A DNA stretch of 64,000 bases from Macrostomum lignano (taxonomy: Eukaryota). The notes under the pieces are model-generated. The model had not been told where the DNA came from. It did not search any database and saw nothing but the letters and a program-made list of their open reading frames with translations. A program made the translations under genes and the position numbers. This document shows, in pieces, positions 1-12,020 of the stretch; the first letter of the stretch is position 1; each line of letters starts with the position of its first letter. The DNA lies in NCBI GenBank assembly GCA_002269645.1, contig NIVC01001242.1:215954-279953 (forward strand), given 5' to 3'.

Positions 1-432
1 CGGTACCGTATCGACGTATCGTATTATTTTTTAAAAATTAGATTCTATATTTGAAAGTTAAACTGTTGTGCTACCTTAGATACATTTTTTCTGGTACAAA
101 AGTCTTCAGTTTTAAATGTATTGTGATAAAACTTAAAAACTCTCCTGCTTCTATCATGAAAAAGTTATAAAATCGAAAGGTAAGTCTAGTTTTGTTAATG
201 TTTTCCGTAAAGCTGTTGACAACAAGAATGAATTACCTTTTTTATTTGTGGCAGGCGGGATGCCACTGAGTTGAGTAGTTTTTTTAACAGTCGATGACTA
301 AATCTTTATTTTGGTCAGTCCGTGCGCTGATCAATAAATTATTTTCCCTTGCTTGGAGTTGTCCAGCCGATGCTCCATCGAGTGTTCCACGCTCTGTACG
401 CTCGCGTCCCCGCGCGGGAACTTTGTTGGAAT

Positions 433-470
433 CACAGATACTAGAACAACTAGTTGTTCTAGTATCTGTG
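433..470. repeat. Perfect 38-bp loopless palindrome
   Basis: CACAGATACTAGAACAACT followed directly by its exact reverse complement AGTTGTTCTAGTATCTGTG. Confidence 0.95.
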
Positions 471-1172
471 GGTCTACCAGTAGACAATGAATCAAGAACA
501 GGCTGAGCGGAGAGTCCCAGACACTGGGAACGCAAACGAACCGGAAAGGAGGAACAAAAAAGGGGGAGCGCAGGCAGCCAAAAAGACAACGGGACGGGAG
601 AGGGAGAACGGGAGGGAGCTAGAGGGAGAGCTGCGGCCAACAGCTCAGATGGGTCTTTTGTGTTGCGTCAGACACGCAAGCTTAAAGTAGAAGTCCTTGA
701 GCGGAGAGTTTATGAGTTAGTTAGCACGGTATTGCAATCTTGCAATCGGAATTGCGAATACACGGCTGGCTTAAATTCAATTTAAATAGACAAGGAGTAA
801 AAGCCCGAAAAGCACTTTTATATAGCGTTCGTATAAATGTATATATTGATATAATATTTCACCATGTCTACTTCCGCTCAGAAGCAATTGTCAGTAGCAT
901 AAAATTAAACGACAATAAAATGTTACATATACTGTATCGCTCGTACATGTACAAATCAGAGAAAAAAGCAAGTCATAGCAGTTTGAAATTGAGCGTGCAT
1001 GAAAGACAAACAAGTGGGTTGTAAAATATATAAATAAAGTAAGTAAGTCAATGGGGAAGGCAGCGCCGGAATAAAAGTTAAAAGCTGGACCCAATGTACT
1101 TTAAAACATGTTTAAAATTAGTTGCAGGTGGGGCGCGCACCTGCTGCTTGTTTTTGTTAATCTCTAAGCGTT

Positions 1173-4100
1173 CTAAGCAACGCCGAAATGAACCGATTTC
1201 GAGCGTCGACGAGCAATCAATCGGCTGCGTTCGGTTTCGCCAAAGGCTCGAATTCTACGGAATAGCCAGTAGCCCGCGCAGAGCAGCAGGCACAGAACGT
1301 ACAGGCCGAGCCAGTAGAACCTGCGGCAGTGCGGATGGCCTTACGGTGACTTCATAGATTGGGCAATGGAGGATAACATTATAGCTAGTCCTTAGGGTGT
1401 GTCCCAGTTCCAGGTGTGGCTGAGCATAGGATGTGTCTCAGTTCCAGGTGTGGCTGAGCATAGGATGTGTCTCAGTTCCAGGTGGGGCTGAGCATAGGAT
1501 GTGTCTCAGTTCCAGGTGTGACTGAGCATAGGGTGTGTCCCAGTTCCAGGTGTGGCTGAGCATAGGGTGTGTCCCAGTTCCAGGTGTGGCTGAGCATAGG
1601 GTGTGTCCCAGTTCCAGGTGTGGCTGAGCATAGGGTGTGTCCCAGTTCCAGGTGTGGCTGAGCATAGGGTGTGTAACAGTTCCAGGTGTGGCTGAGCATA
1701 GGGTGTGTAACAGTTCCAGGTGTGGCTGAGCATAGGGTGTGTAACAGTTCCAGGTGTGGCTGAGCATAGGGTGTGTAACAGTTCCAGGTGTCACAGTGTC
1801 TCACAGGGCATACCTGGACACAGCCAGAGGCTAACACACAGGTGTCTCACAGTGCATACCTGGACACCAGACAGAGGCTAACACACAGGTGTCTCACAGC
1901 GCATACCTGGACACCAGCCAGAGGCTAACACACAGGTGTCTCACAGTGCATACCTGGACACCAGCCAGAGGCTAACACAGGTGTCTCACAGTGCATACCT
2001 GGACACCAGCCAGAGGCTAACATAGCAGACGCGGCCGTCGCTCTCCCGCACGGCCAGGTAGCCATAGGCCACCTCCAGAGTGCCCATCCGGTAGGAGCAG
2101 GTGGGCGAGCCGATCTCATACACTATGCCATCAGTGAGGGTAAACTTTGCCGAATCAAGCGGCTCAGTAGCGTAGGGTCCACCGCGCTTATCAGGATAGG
2201 GCGCCATAGTCTCGGCGCCGGCGGGTGACCAGCAGCCGTCGCAGCGCAGAGCGAATGCCCGATGCCTGTGACCGGTGATGACCAGGTGAGGCCGGAGCAG
2301 GCGCAACAGGGGTCTAAACTGGGTTGGCCGTTGGGTAAGCAAATTGGCGTGATTGGCTAGGATGCGAAATCCGGCCGACCCGGTCTCCGGCGTGTCTGCA
2401 ATATTGCCGATTTATACTACTTAGTAAGTAGCTTAAAATACTCCGCGTTCGCTTCAATATTGGTGGTCGGTTGGCTGTCGTGCTTTTCATGCACCCATTA
2501 GGGTCATCCCCCCCCAAGGGACAGAGATTGTACATGCCTGACGATTAGAAAGTCAAAGGTCGCTGTACATCCTGTGTGAGCGTGTAAGAGTGCTCAGTAC
2601 ACATACTAAAACAACTACAATAGATTGGCCACTCAGGCATATATTACTTAGTAAAACAGCTTTCTACTTTCAGTTCAGTAGCAAAGAATACATTAGCATT
2701 TTATAAAAATAAAGGCAGCTGAAATGACTTTGATAAGTTTAGAAGCCCAGCAAGCTTACAGGCGTAAACAGCTTGCTAATTGGTTCAGCAATAATGTACA
2801 TTAGCCAGTCCACTAAAATGTACGTGGCAGCTTTAGGCTGGAATTCCGAGAAAGGCAATAAAAATTGAGGTGGGGCGGAGGGAGGTGGGTAGTTTGGAAA
2901 GGCGCGGTTGGAGGGTTTAAGCTGGGGGGGGTAAGAGCCAATAAATGAGCCTCGGCTTTAAAAGTGCATTAGAATGCTCCTGTTTAACTTACTACTGAAC
3001 TGAAAGTAGCTAACACGCCAATGAGCTGAGTGGCCCATCTAGTCTAGTCTAGTCTAGTTATTCTAGTGTTTGTGAACGTTGTAGGACAATGTCACCGATG
3101 ACACCACAACCCTCCCTGCGAATATTTCTATCTAACTTTTAGAGATCTTCCCATGCCCAAATGAATTTCTCCCAGGCGGCTTACTAGGCGCCAGGTGAGC
3201 GTAGGCGGACGCAACGTGGCGTTCGATCTCCCGCTGACAGCGAAACGCATCAGCGTAGAAGCGCAGCCACAGCATCCGCATGGACTGGCCGGCCTTGTCC
3301 GAGCCCTCCAGCCGGCCGAACTGTCTCTCGTAGTCGGCCACCCGGCCGGAGTTGACCGGCTCGGCCTCGCCGCCAACGTCATTGTCGCCGGCCAAGATGA
3401 GCCAGCGGCGCTTCGGCCAGAGGAACAGGCCGCGGAATCTGGCCATGTAGTCGGACAGGGCAGCCGGCGGCGCGGACAGGCCCTCGTCGATGAGGTCGCC
3501 GGGAAACAGCACAGTGGAAGGCTTGGCGGCGCTCAGTGCGGCGGAGTAGCCTTTGAAGAGGAACCTGCGACGGGCCATGGATTAATAAACTCTACTATAT
3601 TTATGGACCTGAGCTGAGGGATCAAAGCCTCCACCAGCTTACATGTCAGCGTCCCATCTGGTCAACCAGCCGAGCGCCTGGCTCTCGTCCCGATAGCCCT
3701 GAATTTGCGGATCCGACGCAATTAGAAAGGTGACGTCTCCCTCAGGTGAGCCGCTGAAGATTTAAATCAAATATTCATTACTAGCGATATACACACATAT
3801 CCACTTTTAATTGTTCTTATTAGTAGCAAGTAGAGAAATTAAAAGTAAAAATTACAAAAGGGCAATTAAGGTGGGCTAGATAAGGAAAGGCAATTAAGGT
3901 GGGCTAGATAAGGAAAGGCAATTAAGGTGGGCTAGGTAAGGAATATACAAAAATACAATGAAATGTCATAGATACAATAAATTTGCAAAATTCTATACTA
4001 CTCAATGAACAGTAGCTTAATAATAATAGCGCATATGAGGTAGATTGACATAAAGATAAAGTGCGACCCTAGCATCTCAATAAGAAAATGTTGCTTAATG

Positions 4101-4323
4101 TTACATATCGGTAGTTCAATTTATACGAGCTTAAACACAGCTGAAGCCATCATTAATATTATTTTGAATCGAAAAACACTCACCAAATGCTGTAAATTTT
4201 CCACCACCAAGCCCAGGAATAGTAATAGTATATAATTAGCTCGTTGAAGACAACTACGCCAAAAATAATTTTCAATTCCATTGGCCAGTTGGCCAGCAAG
4301 GGCCGAAGTTTGGACAATCGCAT
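1173..4323 (-). CDS. Cdc1/MPPE1(PGAP5)-family metallophosphoesterase, 5 coding exons, ~390 aa, intact
   Basis: Exons 4323-4184, 3753-3643, 3564-3185, 2395-1999 and 1320-1173 join in frame with GT-AG ends. Calcineurin-like motifs: FLIASDPQIQG, GDLIDEG, GDNDVGGE, ILANHA, VITGHRH, EIGSPTCSYRMG. N-terminal TM segment (VVFNELIIYYY) and C-terminal TM segment (FYWLGLYVLCLLLC). Confidence 0.85.
1397..1790. repeat. Intronic minisatellite, 34-bp unit, ~11 copies
   Basis: Unit GTGTGTCCCAGTTCCAGGTGTGGCTGAGCATAGG in the last intron of the phosphoesterase gene. Confidence 0.95.
1791..2021. repeat. 47-bp minisatellite (~5 copies) made of the exon end plus splice donor
   Basis: Minus-strand unit GTTAGCCTCTGGCTGGTGTCCAG|GTATGCACTGTGAGACACCTGTGT; the true donor is at 1998. 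Confidence 0.9.
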
Positions 4324-4416
4324 TGCGGTGTCAGCAGCTGGCAATAGTAAATCTGGTGGTATAAATTACAGCTTCCAGTTGATGGGATAAAAAGGAATGA
4401 TGCAATGCATTAGCTA

Positions 4417-6383
4417 CGAGGTGTATTCTAAGTTCTTTTCGGTTCACCAAGTTATGACTATGGCCTAAACGTTCCTAGGGTTTAAAGCCTCAATCAAGGA
4501 ATTCTAAATCCTACTAGAATGACAACTGAAACAGAGGTGTGGACTTTTTATACAAGATGAGGCTTACTGCGATTGCCACAGACATAGGATTTGTTTGCCA
4601 CTAAGAAGAATCAGCTTCGTTCGCCCTATTTTGTCTTAGCCTGTAAAAGTGACTTTCCTGAAGCCAAGTCTCTGCGTCCTCTGCATGCCAAATAAATGCG
4701 CCGTTTTTTGGCTGCAACTCCGGCAGCGAGTCTGCAACGGCACGGTCAGCGAGGATTTCATTCCACAAGTTTCCGAAGCTGGAAAAATGTTAAAGAGCAT
4801 TTCCCTAGAAGCAACTTTCAAGCCATCGAAGCACACTCGAATTTGCTGTCTTCACTTCACGGAATCAGATTTTATTACTGATAATCCGGACAGCAATGCA
4901 TATCGAAAAAAGAAGCGACACGAAGGTTCAAATCTTGTAAAAAGAAGATTTTAGAGAGGGTGCAGTTCCCATCCAATACAGCACGATCAGCAGGCCATCA
5001 TATTTAACAAAAAGTCCACCAGCTTCGCGATCAGAAAACGCATCGTCGCAACGGCGTCACGAGATTGATGTCGCACGGGTGGAACAACAAGAGAGATTAT
5101 TTTTCCAGTGAAAGAATTCGCTCACTTAATGATTTGGTCGCTAAGTTTTCGAAAGAGAAGAAGCCGTCCGGATTTGCTTCGCATCAATCAGCAGACACTC
5201 TCAGCATTATGCTCATACGCTCGTAGCTAATGGTCTATCTCCAATGATCAAGAGTTCCTTGCCTCAGTTTGCAACTAGTGTTTGAGCAGCGAACCTTTCT
5301 ATCAGCTACCATTCAATTTTTTGGCCCGGCTGAGCTGAATCATTTTCAAAAACAAGACGTTCGAAGCTTGATGAAGTTTCAGTTTTTGCAAGGAGACTGA
5401 GCAGACAGTTCGAAAATGGTACCGGCTGTTTGCTGATGGAAGAGAGCGTTGAGGACATTGATCGCTCTGGAAGGCCGATGACTGACTGCAACCAACGAGA
5501 CTGCTGTGAAGAAAGTGCAAGAGCTCCTGGATGATGATCGGCGACGTACTTGCGAAGACTTTGGAGAAGACGTTGGTGTGTCAGTAGGAAGCGTCCACAC
5601 CATTCTGACTGAGCGTCTTCACCTGCAGAAAAAGTTCTGCAAGTGGGTGCCACACCTGCTGACAGGTGAGCAAAAGATGCAGCGAACTGTAGCTTCAAGC
5701 AGCCACCTGCTTCGGTTCCATCGAGAAGGGGAGGATTTTCTATCAAGATTTGTTGCTGGAGACGAGCCGTGGGCTTACAGCTGGGATCCTGAGACAAAGT
5801 CCCAGTCTGCCGAATGGCTTCCAGCACATTCTCAAAGACCTCAGGTCATCAGGAAGATCATGCACGTCATGTTTTTTGAATCCCAAGGAATTCTGCTAAA
5901 CTGGGCAGTCCCCAAGGAACCACCATCAATGGGGACTACTACAAGTGGATTCTGCAGAAGTTGCGCCCAGCAATACGAAAGAAGCGCCCTGGTCTGCTGG
6001 AGTCTGGCGTGATCCTGCTGCACGACAATGCACCAGCACATCGCAAGCACAACGTCGTGGAACTCCTGAGCAAATGGGTCTGGGAAGTGATCCTGCAACA
6101 TCCACCCTATTCGCATGATTTGCCACTGTGCGACTTTTCTTATTTTCATCAGTGAAGAGGCACGTTCGGGGCATTCGATTCGACAGCGTCGAGCACATCG
6201 AAGCTGCTTGTAGTCAAGCTGTGTGGTGTGAGTTCCGGAATCAGAGGCCTGGTACATCGCTGGCAGAAGTGCAAAGATATTTGCGGTGAATATGTTGAGT
6301 GTCAGAATCATGTTAAACAATCTAACAGTGTTTTCATAGTTCCAGTGATTTTGTGTTCAGTTTTGTAGGGCACCGAAAAGAGC
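4417..6383 (+). mobile_element. Decayed mariner (DD34D-type) transposon with internal THAP-transposase fragment
   Basis: Left end TA|CGAGGTGTATTCTAAGTTCTTTTCGGTT. Transposase relic ~5350-6200 with DRSGRP, WVPHLL, GDEPW, HDNAPAH and HPPYSHDL..CDF across frameshifts and stops. Partial right TIR ACCGAAAAGAGCT at 6372-6384. Confidence 0.8.
4685..5290 (+). pseudogene. THAP-domain N-terminus of a P/Galileo-like transposase, frameshifted
   Basis: Joining frames gives MPNKCAVFGCNS...ISFHKFP...FKPSKHTRICCLHFTESDF...REGAVP (C2CH THAP signature plus AVP-like box), followed by a decayed basic/coiled region. Confidence 0.7.
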
Positions 6384-6870
6384 TAATTAGCTAATGGGGA
6401 AAGCTAACTAACTGATGGAGAGCTAAGTCGCTAATAGGGAGAGCTAAGTAGCTAATAGGGAGAGCTAAGTGGCTAATGGGGGGAGCTAAGTAACTAATGG
6501 GTCGAGAGCTAAGTGGCTAATGGGGGGAGCTAAGTAACTAATGGGTCGAGAGCTAAGTGGCTAATGGGGAGAGCTAATTAGCTAATGGAGAGAGCTAAGT
6601 GGCTAATGGGGAGAGCTGAGTAACTAATGGGTCGAGAGCTAAGTGGCTAATGGGGAGAGCTAAGTGGCTAATGGGGAGAGCTAAGTGGCTAATGGGGAGA
6701 GCTAAGTGGCTAATGGGGAGAGCTATAACTAACTGATGGGGAGCTAAGTGGCTAATAGAGAAAGCTAAGTGGCTAATGGGAAGAGCTAAGTGGCTAATGA
6801 AAAGAGCTAAGTGGCTAACTGAGGAAGCTAAGTAGCTGATAGCGACCGTACAGTGGCTAATAGGAGTAGC
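6380..6870. repeat. Minisatellite, ~21-bp unit
   Basis: GAGAGCTAAGTGGCTAATGGG repeated ~22 times, starting at the right end of the mariner. Confidence 0.9.
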
Positions 6871-7182
6871 TTAGTAACTAAAATCGCATTAATTGACTGC
6901 AGGGATCTATCCACCTTGAAGTTAATTATAAAAAATTTACCAACAATGGACACTCAACAATCGTTTTTTTAACAAAGAAACAATTTTCAACTTGAAAAAA
7001 ATGCAACTTTATGATGAAATAATATTCAACGCAGTAATTTCCCAAGTTGTCATACTAGTAAAAGTAGGGAGAGAAAGGCAGCACCAAGCATATTATTAAT
7101 GACGCATGCTTTAAATGAAGCGGAAATTATGAAATTATTTGGGAAAACTATAACTCCAGTAGACGGGAAAAATAGGAAAGGA

Positions 7183-7515
7183 GAAATTCAATTCAGACAA
7201 TTCAGACTTGGGACAATTTTGTCTATGGCTAAAACTTGCTTTGGTTGCATAATGGATAAATAATCAGCGGTCCCAGTGCGTGACAACGATTGTCTGGCGA
7301 GCGCCGGTAGGCGCGAGCCATAGACAAATCGTTGTCACGTGCTGCGACCGCTGATTCTTAGCATTGTTTTTCTGTTTGACGATCCTACAGACAATGCATT
7401 GTTTGTAGTAGTGGATTGTTCTGCCTTAAAAATGTGAACAATGATCGTCAAATTGCTAAACAATGTTTTGAACTGGGGTTTATTGCCCCAGTCTGAATTG
7501 TCTGAATTGAATTTC
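7183..7515. mobile_element. MITE-like element with ~29-bp TIRs and an internal 95-bp hairpin
   Basis: 7183-7212 GAAATTCAATTCAGACAATTCAGACTTGGG is the reverse complement of 7487-7515 (1 indel). Internal imperfect palindrome at 7262-7356. No TSD identified. Confidence 0.65.
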
Positions 7516-7994
7516 CGCTAGTTTTTTTTAGAACTGGACTTAGATCAAAATTGAACGTGAAAGGTGCACTGAGCAGGCAGGCGCCGAACCAGCAGTTCCG
7601 GATTGGTCGATTCGACAACAAACCGATCGAGTTCCGGCTCGGCATCCGGATTAGCTGGTGGCGGATTTTGACAAGCTATTTGAACCACCGCGTCCGGAAT
7701 CTTATTGAGGCTGGCCAGGGTCTCGCCGGACACCAGGCCGAGCTGGGCGGAGGTCAGATGGTCAATCAGTTCAGAGTGGAAGCGGCGAAGGCGAAATATG
7801 GGAACCTCCATTGGCGGGCCGGGCTTGTCGAACAGTTGAATCTGTGCAGGTGTGGATTGATTTTGCAGTGCAGCTGGGCCGCTGTGTGCTACAATATTAT
7901 AGATAGGCAAGCATGAGTCATCGGCCACTCAGCGCTTGGCAAGCACACGGAATATATGTACACACGCTCATGGGTCTACGACTTTAGACTGAGA

Positions 7995-9046
7995 GAAGAC
8001 AACAATTCAGCTGACACAAACTGACTGCCGACCCTAATCCTAACCTAAACTCTAACCTAAGCCCTAACACAAACCCTAATATAAACCCTAACACAAACTC
8101 TAACCTAAGCCCTAACACAAACCCTAATATAAACCCTAACACAAACTCTAACCTAAGCCCTAACACAAACCCTAATATAAACCCTAACACAAACTCAAAC
8201 CTAAGCCCTAACACAAACCCTAATATAAACCCTAACACAAACTCTAACCTAAGCCCTAACACAAACCCTAATATAAACCCTAACACAAACCTAACCTACA
8301 CTATAACACAAACCCTAACCTACACCATAACACAAACCTAACCTACACCATAACACAAACCCTAACCTACACCATAACACAAACCCTAACCTACACCATA
8401 ACACAAACCTAACCTACACCATAACACAAACCTTAACCTACACCATAACACAAACCCTAACCTACACCATAACACAAACCCTAACCTACACCATAACACA
8501 AACCTAACCTACACCATAACACAAACCCTAACCTACACCATAACACAAACCCTAACCTACACCATAACACAAACCCTAACCTAAACCCTAATAACACAAA
8601 CCCTAACATAAACCCTAATAACACAAACCCTAACCTAAACCCTAATAACACAAACCCTAACCTACACCATAACACAAACCCTAACCTAAACCCTAATAAC
8701 ACAAACCCTAACCTACACCATAACACAAACCCTAACCTAAACCCTAATAACAAAAACCCTAACCTACACCATAACACAAACCCTAACCTACACCATAACA
8801 CAAACCCTAACCTACACCATAACACAAACCCTAACCTACACCATAACACAAACCCTAACCTACACCATAACACAAACCCTAACCTACACCATAACACAAA
8901 CTCTAACCTAAGCCCTAACACAAACCCTAATATAAACCCTAACACAAACCTAACCTACACTATAACACAAACCCTAACCTTAAACATAACACAAACCCTA
9001 ACCTACACCATAACACAAACTCTAACCTACACCACAACACAAACCC
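7995..9046. repeat. Intronic minisatellite, 24-bp core unit made of the exon end plus donor
   Basis: Minus-strand unit GGGTTTGTGTTATGGTGTAG|GTTA; the exon ends ...CCAGGGTTTGTGTTGTGGTGTAG|GTTAG at 9027/9026. Confidence 0.85.
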
Positions 9047-9928
9047 TGGAGACCACAGCAGAACGGTGGTCTCCTTCATGACGGTCTCCGGCACGGCCTC
9101 CAGCTGGCTGTCCAGGGTGTACAGCCACACGAATCTGCTGCCGTCGGAGCCGAAGCGCAGAGCGGTGAACTGCTGGCCATCGATCAGCCCGCCGACGTCC
9201 AAGAAGGCGTCGGCCTCCTCGTCCGCGTCGCTTCTTCGTTGTCGCCGGTGTCCTCGAACTCGGCGGGTTCAGCTGCCTCGCTGGCGACCTCGCTAGCAAC
9301 TTCGAATCCCCATTCGTCCACTTCCGGCTCGATAGTTAATTGATCTTGGCTCAGCGGAAGCGGAAGAAGCAGAAGCTTTAGAAGCCGGCGGGTCTCGGCG
9401 AATTGATTATTGCAGGCGTTTTGGGCGCCGCAGCCGCCGGGATCAGTACGGAGTCATCAAGGTTGACCGGGTCGCCCGGGTAGTACATCATGCGGCCGAG
9501 CATGTCTTCAACGCGCAGGGCGCCCTCGGCCACCAAGCTGGCTTCCAGAGTCTGGCACTGAGCTGGCAGAGCAGTGCCAGATTGCTCGGCCGCCTTGCGC
9601 CAGAAATAGTTGCGCTCGGTGCCGCGCGGCTGTATCAGGCTTCGCGTGACTGCTAGCAGATCGGCGTAGTCAGATGGATCAGGCGCTGGCTGCTTCGATG
9701 TACAGACGAGATTGACAGGTTCTGCGTGCGCTGTTTCAACGGTTCCTCAAATGCCTCAGACCGTTGTCGCGACCTGGGCGGCGACGGGCCCAACCGGGAC
9801 TGCACCGGAGGGCGCCGCTCGGACTGTATTGACTGAGTCGACGATGACGAAAACAAGTTCGACTGCGCGGCTCGAGGATTAGCGGCGAAGATGAAACTCT
9901 TTCTATCGCCACCGCCGGCACCGGCGCC

Positions 9929-10100
9929 TCTGCTATTAAAGCCGTCACCACCGCCACCTCTGTTGCTAAAGCCGTCACCACCGCCACCTCTGTTGCTAAA
10001 GCCGTCACCACCGCCTTCTCTGTTGCTAAAGCCGTCACCACCGCCACCTCTGTTGCTAAAGCCGTCACCACCGCCACCTCTGTTGCTAAAGCCTCCGCCG
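9929..10100 (-). repeat. Coding 30-bp repeat (GFSNRGGGGD x ~6)
   Basis: Period 30 (e.g. TGTTGCTAAA at 9961 and 9991), in frame within the LOTUS ORF. Confidence 0.9.
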
Positions 10101-10694
10101 ACGCCGCCTCTGTTGCCACCTTCTCCGCCGAATCTACAATACTGATAAGACGGCCTCTGGCCGCGAATGGCGCCCCGATGCGCCGGCAGAAAGGCGGAAG
10201 CGGTGCTAAACGACGAAACAGACGAGGCAGACGACATTGAGCTGCGGCCGCGCAAGCTAGCGGAGCTGCCACTGCCAAGAAGCGAGTTGCCGCGACTGCC
10301 CCTGCCGCCTCTTGCGGAGGGGCGCTTCTTCTTTTTGCTCCTCTGCTTAGAAATCAGCGCCTCAATGTGGGAGCTGCGCTCAGAGCCGACACCGTGGCAG
10401 ACTACTTCGCCGTTTACATTGGACAGGCGCACAACCTCCGGAATGCTGCGAAGGTAGGCAGTCAGGTTTGGATAGCCCTGTGGGTCCAGATTGGCCGAGG
10501 CCAGCTGACGATAGTCCCTCATCAGCTGACTGAGAGGGACGCCCTCCTTAAAGGAGATTAAGACGCATTGTAAATTGATTTTCTGATCATCGGCCATTGT
10601 GTTAGATAAGGAAAAAACAGTGATGGAGCCTGTAAGTTACAATGCGGAATGCTTCCTTGTAACAGTTGCACTGGAAATGGATGAACTGATGAAC

Positions 10695-10984
10695 AAATCT
10701 ACCGACTGCAATACTGAATCTACCGACTGCAATACTGAATCTACCGATTGCAATACTGAATCTACCGACTGCAATACTGAATCTACCGACTGCAATACTG
10801 AATCTACCGATTGCAATACTGAATCTACCGACTGCAATACTGAATCTACCGACTGCAATACTGGATCTACCGACTGCAATACTGAATCTACCGACTGCAA
10901 TACTGAATCTACCGACTGCAATACTGAATCTACCGACTGCAATACTGAATCTACGGACTGCAATACTGAATCTACTGACTGAAC
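10695..10984. repeat. Minisatellite, 21-bp unit, ~14 copies
   Basis: AATCTACCGACTGCAATACTG, ~100 bp upstream of the LOTUS start codon. Confidence 0.95.
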
Positions 10985-11871
10985 TACTTAATCTAGTGCT
11001 TGATCTCAATCCCAATGCTTGACACAAACCCACCAATTAAAGCTTGGATTCGGACGCATTTCATCCGATATTAGCAGAAAGCAACTCATAAAACACAAAA
11101 GAAACTTGTAACGCTGCAGACCCCCAATAAACCGATCGTGTTGTATTAGCCTGACTTGAAGAACTTGTATTTTTAGTAGCATTGCTTGCCTTTGTAAACT
11201 GCGTTGGAAATGGTAAGCAAAAAATACGAATATTGTTTGTTTGTTTGGTGTTTATTTGTTTGTTTATTATGTTTATTGTTTGTTTAGGCTTGTCATAAAC
11301 AGTCACACGTGACAAAAATGTACTTTAAACCCGCGACTGGCATAGCAACATATTGGCAATATGAAGCGTTTTATAATTTGTTATTGATAGTTATTTTAGA
11401 CTGTTCAAAATGATGTTTTTTTAATACCATACATGTAGGCATATAGGCAGCCCCCAGATTCTGAATAATCAAAGATTTAGAAAAGAACGGAGTTAAGCCT
11501 ATTGTAAATAAACAGATCCCGATTTCATAATATATTTATATATATAAATATACTAAACTAAAGAAAGGGAAAATAGGAAGAAGCGAACATAGCGATAGAA
11601 ACAGCTTGTCATTCACTGGTTGCAGAGAATCAAGAATGTCCATTCAGAGACATCCTCGCTCATCTCCTTGGCCGTCTCCAGTTCGGCGGCCTCGCGTTCG
11701 CGACGCTCCTCGGCGCTCTCCAGATCCTCGGTGTACTTCTTAGGCGGGTAGCGCATCGCGCGGACGGACTGCTCGCGGACCTGAGATGAGCCGAGGGGAG
11801 AGCTTTGTATGGGATTTATAGGGAGCATAGGCAACTCAAGGGAGCCAGAGTGATGATGCTAAAGCATCAGA

Positions 11872-12020
11872 GAGGAACCAAGATGATGATGCTGAAGCAG
11901 CACACAGAGAAACCAAGATGATGATGCTGCAGCAGCACACAGAGAAACCAAGATGATGATGCTGCAGCAGCACACAGAGAAACCAAGATGATGATGCTTA
12001 GGATGCTTAGCAACACCAGA
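11872..12020. repeat. 35-bp minisatellite, ~4 copies, in the last PSMD3 intron
   Basis: ACCAAGATGATGATGCTG(A/C)AGCAGCACACAGAGAA, period 35. Confidence 0.85.

Larger units (their letters stand above)
7545..10597 (-). pseudogene. LOTUS (OST-HTH) domain gene with RG/FG repeats and a probable degenerate Tudor region (TDRD5/TDRD7-like); downstream frame disrupted
   Basis: N-terminus LQCVLISFKEGVPLSQLMRDYRQL...LTAYLRSIPEVVRL...SSHIEALISKQ matches the LOTUS pattern. Coding-like sequence continues to a donor at 9026 but needs ~3 frameshifts (near 9720, 9400, 9240). Last exon ~7990-7545 has QLFDK..EVPIFRLRRF and IPDAVVQIAC, weakly Tudor-SN-like, with stops just after the acceptor. Confidence 0.6.

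Noticed and set aside
284-1100. Short ORFs at the window start
   Set aside because: No recognisable domain or consistent splice structure.
7995-9046. Interstitial telomere
   Set aside because: There are no tandem TTAGGG runs; the hexamer arises at junctions of a 24-bp unit copied from an exon end.
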